Under the pieces are notes generated by a model. That model made no database searches. It was not told the DNA's origin and saw nothing but the letters and a program-made list of their open reading frames with translations. Below, in pieces: positions 1 through 5,992 of a stretch of DNA of 5,992 bases; the stretch's first letter is position 1; the number at the start of each line of letters is the position of its first letter. The stretch comes from Octopus sinensis. Its lineage: Eukaryota. The position numbers were made by a program, and so were the translations under genes. The stretch spans positions 1-5,992 of the forward strand of contig NW_021829485.1 in NCBI RefSeq assembly GCF_006345805.1, read 5' to 3'.

Positions 1-38
1 AACAAAACATTGAATTTTTTAAAACGGGGAAACTCCAA

Positions 39-39
<1 letters not shown>

Positions 40-72
<33 letters not shown>
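40..72. repeat. (TA)n microsatellite
   Basis: Uninterrupted TA dinucleotide run read directly. Confidence 0.98.
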
Positions 73-76
<4 letters not shown>

Positions 77-263
77 TTTATAGAAGGAGCTTCTACAGGA
101 CTAGAACTGTTTCATTCAAAAGAAATCATCGGCTTCCTGATGATTTCTTTTGAATGAAACAGTTCTAGTCCTGTAGAAGCTCCTTCTATAAAATAAATTA
201 ATTTACTCTATGTATTGAGTACCTTATTTACTGTGGTTAACCCCGACTCAACCCGGGACCTAC
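71..263 (+). mobile_element. (TA)n-flanked fold-back element carrying a hammerhead motif; probable Penelope-like/retrozyme-type remnant
   Basis: Perfect 60-bp inverted repeat 71-130/139-198 around the 8-nt spacer GGCTTCCT. The right arm continues ~65 nt to 263. Both ends abut (TA)n. Contains an HHR motif at 131-181. The class assignment is inference. Confidence 0.6.
131..181 (+). ncRNA. Compact type I hammerhead ribozyme motif
   Basis: Stem I GCTTC 132-136 / GAAGC 176-180 (plus G131-U181). Core CTGATGA 137-143. Stem II TTC 145-147 / GAA 152-154 with a TTTT loop and a non-canonical U-U at 10.1/11.1. GAA 156-158. Stem III ACAG 159-162 / CTGT 171-174. Cleavage triplet GUA, cut predicted after A175. 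Confidence 0.75.
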
Positions 264-302
264 ATATATATATATATAATATATAATATATACATATATA
301 TA

Positions 303-349
<47 letters not shown>

Positions 350-493
350 TAGATACATACATACATACAAAATATATATATGTATGTACGCATGTATGTA
401 TCTACAGATATATATGTATGTAAAAAAATATATATACACACATATATATTTTATGTATGTATGTTTATATATATATATATATATATGTATATG

Positions 494-537
<44 letters not shown>

Positions 538-585
538 TATAACACACATATATATGTATGCATATACGTATATAGTATGCATATA

Positions 586-622
<37 letters not shown>

Positions 623-654
623 ATATTATATATATATATATGTATATATATGTA

Positions 655-682
<28 letters not shown>
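264..682. repeat. Compound microsatellite block (TA)n/(GA)n/(TACA)n/(TATG)n
   Basis: Low-complexity runs read directly; source of the I/Y-rich spurious ORFs. Confidence 0.97.
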
Positions 683-685
<3 letters not shown>

Positions 686-902
686 ATCAATATAGGGTGG
701 CAAGGAAAATTTTGTAGAATTTGATTGCCACCAGCGGCCAGTGGGAAAAAATTAATGTCATAGACCATTTTTAAGTTCAACATTAACAATTAAGGAACGG
801 CCATAATAGGCCATTCACCCACTAGAAATAACAGCCAAAGCTTCTACCGCAATAAGATTAATTCCGTAAACAGGAGAAAATTAAAAAAACATTTACCCTG
901 TA

Positions 903-1005
903 ATTTCTTGTACGGCATACCGTTTCATCTGCTGTTTAATGGTAAACTAACCTGATTAAATTCAAGCCAATCTTCCATAAGCCCTCAGATTCTTCAGCAA
1001 GAAAT
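903..1005 (-). ncRNA. Type I hammerhead ribozyme, intact core, enlarged stem II
   Basis: Minus strand reads ATTTCTTG (1005-998), CTGAAGA (997-991), ATCTG (990-986), 54-nt insert, CAGAT (931-927), GAA, ACGG, TATG, CCGT, A(911), CAAGAAAT (910-903). Stem I 8 bp, stem II 5 bp, stem III 4 bp, all Watson-Crick. All core nucleotides present. GUA cleavage predicted between 911 and 910. Confidence 0.88.
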
Positions 1006-1386
1006 AGCTCAAGTCGGAACAGATATTTACACGAGGCATACCCAATCCTGCCAAGGCAATATCTGACCTAAAATTTTCAAATCGTCGCACTCGCGCCAAA
1101 TTTATCGGCAGCAAATAAATATCAGCCGTCGATTCCATTACGGAATTAACCAAAAAATTCATAATTAATCAATATAGGGTGGCAAGGAAAATTTTGTAGA
1201 ATTTTATTGCCACCAGCGGCCCAGTGGGAAAAAATTAAATAGTCATAGACCATTTTTAAGTTCAACATTAACAATTAAGGACGGCCATAATAGGCCATTC
1301 ACCCACTAGAAATAACAGCCAAAGCTTCTACCGCAAATAAGATTAATTCGTAAACAGGAGAAAATTAAAAAAACATTTACCCTGTA

Positions 1387-1488
1387 ATTTCTTGTACGGT
1401 ATACCGTTCATCTGCTGTTTAATGGTAAACTAACCTGATTAAATTCAAGCCAATCTTCCATAAGCCCTCAGATTCTTCAGCAAGAAAT
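1387..1488 (-). ncRNA. Second hammerhead copy; one A missing from the GAAA core as written
   Basis: Same stems I and II and CTGAAGA (1480-1474), but reads GATGAACGGTATACCGTA instead of GATGAAACGG. The cleavage-equivalent site is between 1395 and 1394. Confidence 0.7.
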
Positions 1489-1565
1489 AGCTCAAGTCGG
1501 AACAGATATTTACACGAGGCATACCCAATCCTGCCAAGGCAATATCTGACCTAAAATTTTCAAAT

Positions 1566-1733
1566 GGTTAGTTTACCATTAAACAGCAGATGAAACGGTA
1601 TACCGTACAAGAAATTACAGGGTAAATGTTTTTTTAATTTTCTCCTGTTTACGGAATTAATCTTTATTTGCGGTAGAAGCTTTGGCTGTTATTTCTAGTG
1701 GGTGAATGGCCTATTATGGCCGTTCCTTAATTG

Positions 1734-1736
<3 letters not shown>
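1566..1736 (+). repeat. Inverted partial copy of the unit containing only the 3' half of the hammerhead
   Basis: CAGAT 1587-1591, GAA 1592-1594, ACGG-TATA-CCGT 1595-1606, A1607, CAAGAAAT 1608-1615. No CTGAAGA or 5' strand of stem I upstream on this strand. Confidence 0.92.
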
Positions 1737-1798
<62 letters not shown>

Positions 1799-1870
1799 TA
1801 TGCATGTGTATATTATTATTATATATATATATAGATAGATAGATAGATTGAGAAAAACAGACAGACAGAG
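1735..1870. repeat. (TA)n followed by (AGAT)n and (GACA)n microsatellites
   Basis: Read directly. Confidence 0.95.
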
Positions 1871-2569
1871 TGAGAAATAGAGTTCCGAAATTAAGCCAAC
1901 CGAAGATTCGGGCTTTAATGACTATAAATGTGAGGAGATGTAAAAATCATACATCATTATAAAAGTTTTTTGTCCCTTCTTTTTATTGCAGACTAAAGAA
2001 ATAATAAAGATTTATAAATTAATGGCTAATCTCTTAATCTCTCTCTCTCTATCTATAAACGGCACACCAACATTTCAATTATTATTCACCTCTTTCTCCT
2101 TTACAGATCTACGGTTTTCTATAATCATTTTATTTCGTCATCTTTTCTGCTGGTAATTCCAGAGAAAGTAGCAATATTTTCTAAATTGAAAGCAAATTAT
2201 TACATCGACTATTGTTTCAAATACAATATATAAATATAACTTCTAAAAATATATCTAAAATCTAATTTTTTAAGACTTCAGAGAATTTTTAAGTCTTGGA
2301 ATGTCAGGATACAATTTATGAAATTGAAATATTCAAATATTGCAGTAATTTTTATAATCAATATATATATTTGAAATTTAACAATTATATTAGTTTAAAA
2401 TATATTAAAGATATGGTTTCTGTTGTTGAAGATTAATTCTCGTCTTTTAACCCTATAGACTAAGACGCTCTTGCCATGACCGTCCCATAACTTATCATTG
2501 TCTAAATGGTTTAATTCACGCAGTAGTTTACAAACTCCGCTGTGCGTTAGTAATAGAGATTATAATAAT

Positions 2570-2620
2570 TCTCAGAACCTATCCATCTCAGAACCTATCC
2601 ATCTCAGAACCTATCCATCT
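2570..2620. repeat. 16-bp tandem repeat TCTCAGAACCTATCCA x ~3.2
   Basis: Three identical adjacent copies plus TCT, no spacers. Confidence 0.97.
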
Positions 2621-3594
2621 GATAAATAATGTTTCAGATTATGAGAAAACATATTTAATACCTTCCACATATAAATGTTAACATAGTATAAAAATGTGGA
2701 GAGAGAAATGTAAGCTCTCAACCACTTTTTAAATGTTTAAACAATTCATACTGTTTTCTACAAGATGTAAATATTATTTAAATTACCAGAGCAATTAGAT
2801 TTAGATGCAGAATTAAATGAATATTAAAACAGAAATCGTTTTAAAGAACGAAGGATAAGATCAATTAAATGAGTCGTTAACAAATTTAGAATTTCACTTC
2901 AGAATTAGAAATTCACTGGAAACTACATGAAATAGTGTATAATTAGATGAATATTTTCATTTCTTTAATTTCCATCAAATAATTTTTTCCCGTAGTTATA
3001 ACTGGACTATATTTTTCTAAAATTGTTATACTTATAATTTAATGCTTGTAAAATATTTAAAAAGTTTCTATTCCGTAAAATACTGCAGGAATATAAAACA
3101 ATTTATTATAGAGATACATTTAGGTTTGAAATAGCTCTAATAAATATTTTGCTATGTAAATGTGTTAGTATGTTGTTAATTAAAGTAATTATGAAATAAT
3201 ATTCACCAAATTGAAAGTGTTTCGAATTCAGGCTGAAGTTTTTCAGTTTCTTGAATGTTGAGAATATTCAAACAGCAGAGAGATTTTTTACTTCTGCAAC
3301 GGTCGCTACGCAATTATGAAATGCCAGGACGGAGATTATAAACGTGTGGGTGTTACTTTGTCCTGTGCGTGTATCTTTGTTTAAACGTGTGTATGTGTAA
3401 GTATGTATGTTGTACTGTCATAGTATATGATGTATTTGTGTATATATGTGAGTAGTGTGAATGTATGTTTGATTAAAGGTATATGTGTGTATATTGTAGC
3501 GTGTGTGTTAGCGAGTAGACAGAGACTACCTGTCTCAAATAACCACACAATGAATAATATCTCTCACGCTTCACCCATTCATTGCTACATTATT

Positions 3595-3598
<4 letters not shown>

Positions 3599-3642
<44 letters not shown>

Positions 3643-3678
3643 CTACGTCCTCACCAACGTGGCCACCACCACCACCAC
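3599..3678. repeat. (TC)n tract (3599-3644) and short (CCA)n tract (3663-3678)
   Basis: Read directly. Confidence 0.95.
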
Positions 3679-3779
3679 AATCAGTTCGCCCATTTCCATA
3701 CAAACATTTTTTCTTCGTAAACAAATCTTTTTTTTCTATTTTTTATACAGAAACAGTACAAACCCTAATACTTACATTC

Positions 3780-3996
3780 ACACACATACACACACAATCA
3801 CATTCATACATACATACATGCATACACATATGCATACATACATAGATACATACATACATAGGTACATAGATACATACATATATACATACATACATACATA
3901 TATACATACATACATGCATACATTCATGCATACATACATACACACATACATACATACATACATACATACATACATACACACACACATACATACATA

Positions 3997-4037
<41 letters not shown>
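3780..4037. repeat. (TACA)n/(CA)n then (TA)n microsatellite
   Basis: Read directly. Confidence 0.97.
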
Positions 4038-4040
<3 letters not shown>

Positions 4041-4137
4041 AATAATGAGGCAGATGAATTGAATATTAATTTAATTAATATCAAATTAAAACCAGTAGCC
4101 TAGCATATAAAAGTCTGAAAAATCAGAGAAAATTCTA

Positions 4138-4318
4138 ATACATGTGTATATTAAAGGCTAAAAACCACTATGTGGACAGCCATATGCTAGAAATAGATCA
4201 CTACAAAGAAAGAATGTTCTCTAGGGAACGTTCTTTCTTTGTAGTTTGATCGTAGGTGATCTATTTCTAGTATATGGCTATCTACATTTTGGCTTTTAGC
4301 CTTAATATACACATGTAT
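4138..4318. repeat. Diverged fold-back inverted repeat
   Basis: Arms 4138-4219 / 4226-4318 with apex TCTAGG. Seven substitutions, one 1-nt indel and one 12-nt indel between arms. Confidence 0.93.
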
Positions 4319-4326
4319 ATATATAT

Positions 4327-4434
4327 ATACTTTATAATTAGGGTTCAGCAAAGATTTGCTTTACCACATACTGGAGTTAAGAAACTTCGATATGTGGTAA
4401 AGCAAATCTTTGTTGAACCCCAATTATAAAGTAT
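4327..4434. repeat. Inverted repeat with 44-bp arms and a 20-nt spacer
   Basis: 4327-4370 / 4391-4434, with two mismatches (4340/4421 A-C; 4348/4413 G-T). Confidence 0.95.
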
Positions 4435-4529
4435 TACTTAAATTTTCCGTGAAATGGTCCTTTTTTCATGCCGAATTATACTTGGTGAAAATATTGATTA
4501 CTTCTTAATTAATTAATTTTACCCTTTGT

Positions 4530-4532
<3 letters not shown>

Positions 4533-4570
<38 letters not shown>
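4533..4570. repeat. (TA)n microsatellite
   Basis: Read directly. Confidence 0.95.
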
Positions 4571-4708
4571 TTGAAATTTATAGAAAAAGCAAAAACCGGA
4601 GTCAGGTGTAGGAATAATAAGCAAGAGTATTAGTTTGATATTCAGGAAAAATACATGTGTGTGTGTATATGCGTATATGCGTATGTGTGTGCATATGTGT
4701 ATGTATAT

Positions 4709-4935
4709 GTCTCTGCGTCTGTGTTTGTTTCTTCCTCATCACCGCTTAACAACCGGTATTGGTGTGTGTACGCCTCGAAACTTAGCGGTGTGGCAAATAA
4801 GACCGATAGAACACGTACCAGGTTTTTTATAAAACAAATCAGTTCTAAGGTCGATTTGTTCGACTAAAACACTTCAAGGTGTTGCTCTAGCATGACCGCA
4901 CACAAATAAGTGAAACAAGTAAACGAATAAAAGAA
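4709..4935 (+). mobile_element. Diverged SINE-like repeat (body and 3' part)
   Basis: Shares the GATAGAA..GTACCAG and GGTCGAT-nnn-TCGACT motifs with the repeats at 5340-5950. Ends in an A-rich AAACGAATAAAAGAA tail. Resembles from memory a high-copy Octopus repeat. Boundaries approximate. Confidence 0.6.
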
Positions 4936-5024
4936 TACATACATACTTATATACACACACAGACACTCCTTTTTCGGAAGAGTTGTGGTCACCCCAAATA
5001 TCGTATAGATTAAGCTCATTTTGT

Positions 5025-5309
5025 GGAGGCACATGGCCTAGTGGCTAGAGCAGCGGACTCGCGGTCGAGGGTCGCGGGTTCGATTCTCAGACCAGGCGAT
5101 TTGTTTGTTTATGAGCAAAACACCTAACAAAGTAATGTCGAACTTCTGCTGTTTCTTATCACCACAACTTTCTCTCACTCTTTCCTCCTGCATCTTGCAG
5201 CTCACCTGCGACGGACCGGGGTCCCGTCCAGGTGGGGAATCTATACGCCAAGGAAACCGGGAAAGCGGCCCTATGAACCAGGCATGGGTTGAGAAGGAAC
5301 AAACAACAA
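5025..5309 (+). mobile_element. Apparently full-length tRNA-derived SINE
   Basis: Pol III A box TGGCCTAGTGG 5034-5044 and B box GGTTCGATTCT 5077-5087. Then a GAGCAAAACACCTAA segment typical downstream of SINE heads, a V-domain-like CCTGCGACGGACCGGGGTCCCGTCCAGG at 5205-5232, and an (AAC)-type tail to 5309. AAGCTCA occurs at both 5012-5018 and 5308-5314 (possible target-site duplication). Confidence 0.8.
5034..5087 (+). promoter_or_regulatory. Internal RNA polymerase III type 2 promoter (A box + B box)
   Basis: The A box matches TRGCNNARYGG exactly; the B box matches GGTTCGANNCC at all but the last base; tRNA-like spacing. Confidence 0.75.
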
Positions 5310-5339
5310 GCTCAGTATTATTATTATTAATATTATTCT

Positions 5340-5515
5340 GGTCATTCGTCTGTTTTTATGTTCTGAGTTCAATTTCCGCTGAGGTCGACTTTGCCTTTCA
5401 TCCTTTCGGAGTCGATAAATTAAGTACCAGTTGCGTACTGGGGTCGATCTTATCGACTGGTCCCCTCCCCGAAAATTTTCGGGCCTTGTGTCTAGAGTAG
5501 ACAAGAAAAGAATAA
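5340..5515 (+). mobile_element. 5'-truncated SINE copy (second family)
   Basis: GTTCTGAGTTCAA...GAGGTCGACTTTGCCTTTCATCC...GTACCAG...GGGGTCGAT...GGCCTTGTGTCTAGAGTAGA; homologous segments recur at 5520-5705 and 5795-5950. Confidence 0.75.
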
Positions 5516-5519
5516 TGTA

Positions 5520-5705
5520 AGGCGGCCAGCTGGCAGAATCGTTAGCACACCGGACCAAATGCTTAGCAGCATTTCGTCCGTGTTTACGTTCTGTGTTCAA
5601 ATCCCACTGAAATTGACATTTCCTTTCGATAAGATAAGAAGCCCCTGAGATCTGGGGTCGAAATAATCGATATAGCACCCTCCCAAAACCTTTCGGCTTT
5701 CTACC
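5520..5705 (+). mobile_element. Diverged, internally deleted SINE copy with its 5' head
   Basis: Head GGCGGCCAGCTGGCAGAATCGTTAGCAC has an A-box-like TGGCAGAATCG and a B-box-like GTTCAAATCCC, then CTGGGGTCGAAATAATCGAT. Homologous to the neighbouring copies. Confidence 0.65.
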
Positions 5706-5794
5706 AAAACTTGAAATTCTTATCACTAAATTGAAGTGGAAACCAGGGAGATTCCCTAACTTAACATGATGCTTGTGTCATCTCTTCCTGATCT

Positions 5795-5950
5795 TTAAGT
5801 TCTGAGTTCAAATCCTACCTAGGTCACTCTCTCTTTCATCTTCCTAGGATCAATAGAATAGGTACCAGTTGTGTACTAAGGTCGATGAAATCAACTTTCT
5901 GTTTTCTACCAAAATTGTAGGCCTTGTGCCTAGAGTAGAAAGGATTGTTA
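5795..5950 (+). mobile_element. Third diverged copy of the same SINE family
   Basis: GTTCTGAGTTCAAATCC...GGTACCAGTTGTGTACTAAGGTCGAT...GGCCTTGTGCCTAGAGTAGAA aligns by eye with 5360-5505. Confidence 0.7.
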
Positions 5951-5992
5951 TTGAATGAGTCGGACAAAATGATTAACAAGCTTTTTACCGGC

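Larger units (their letters stand above)
684..1736 (-). mobile_element. Hammerhead-bearing ~483-bp tandem unit plus inverted terminal copy, flanked by (TA)n; non-autonomous Penelope-like or retrozyme-like element
   Basis: 684-1082 is directly repeated at 1166-1565 (period 482-484). 1566-1736 is the reverse complement of 784-952 / 1269-1435. Both outer ends run into (TA)n. Each direct unit has an HHR on the minus strand. No RT or endonuclease coding seen. Confidence 0.75.

Noticed and set aside
71-130. Minus-strand hammerhead in the left arm of the first fold-back
   Set aside because: Truncated within the core (reads CCGATGA) and lacks the 5' strand of stem I.
208-789. ORFs 208-441, 260-547, 380-655 and 451-789
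   Set aside because: I/Y/M/C-rich translations of (TA)n and (TACA)n, which lack stop codons in some frames; no protein signal.
962-1162. 66-aa minus-strand ORF in the tandem unit, on the same strand as the ribozyme
   Set aside because: No recognisable RT, GIY-YIG or other motif. It is short and ends inside the ribozyme stem II insert. It cannot be supported as a CDS without homology or ribosome-profiling data.
2445-2490. TTAACCCTATAGACTAAGACGCTCTTGCCATGACCGTCCC, vaguely like a fragment of a dispersed repeat
   Set aside because: No second copy, terminal repeat or other support within the window.
2570-2620. CRISPR-like repeat
   Set aside because: Copies are contiguous with no spacers, only 16 bp long, and the context is eukaryotic.
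3427-4084. ORFs of 69-128 aa across TG-rich, (TC)n and (TACA)n tracts
   Set aside because: Translations of microsatellites (SLSL, YIHT, VCMY repeats).
4164-4230. ADAR-editing footprint in the arm differences of the 4138-4318 hairpin
   Set aside because: Only seven substitutions, of mixed direction and including two transversions; consistent with ordinary neutral divergence.
4138-4434. Hammerhead motifs in the two right-hand fold-backs
   Set aside because: No CTGANGA on either strand. GAAAC at 4381-4385 has no matching core, and the apparent stem I pairing comes only from the inverted repeat.
5025-5097. Possible tRNA gene
   Set aside because: The A and B boxes are present, but the acceptor, anticodon and T stems do not pair properly, and the sequence continues into a SINE body and tail instead of a T-run terminator.
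4635-5726. ORFs 4635-4832, 4655-4867, 5105-5500 and 5271-5726
   Set aside because: They run across low-complexity sequence and several separate SINE copies, with no domain-like content.

Overview
AT-rich, microsatellite-dense, non-coding eukaryotic DNA with no credible protein-coding gene. The SINE-like repeats resemble, from memory, those of Octopus (inference, not database-checked). The main signal is a set of hammerhead ribozyme (HHR) motifs inside (TA)n-flanked fold-back elements. (1) At 684-1736 there is a ~483-bp unit repeated ~1.8 times in tandem. Each copy has a minus-strand type I hammerhead with an 8-bp stem I, a CUGAAGA core, an unusually enlarged stem II and a GUA cleavage triplet; the second copy lacks one A of GAAA. 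An inverted 171-bp copy carrying the 3' half of the ribozyme follows. (2) At 71-263 an unrelated compact type I hammerhead (131-181, +) sits in a perfect 60-bp fold-back. This fits Penelope-like retroelement derivatives or a retrozyme-like, circRNA-producing repeat that inserts into (TA)n. Two more TA-associated fold-backs with no visible ribozyme core lie at 4138-4318 and 4327-4434. A cluster of SINEs or SINE fragments occupies ~4710-5950.
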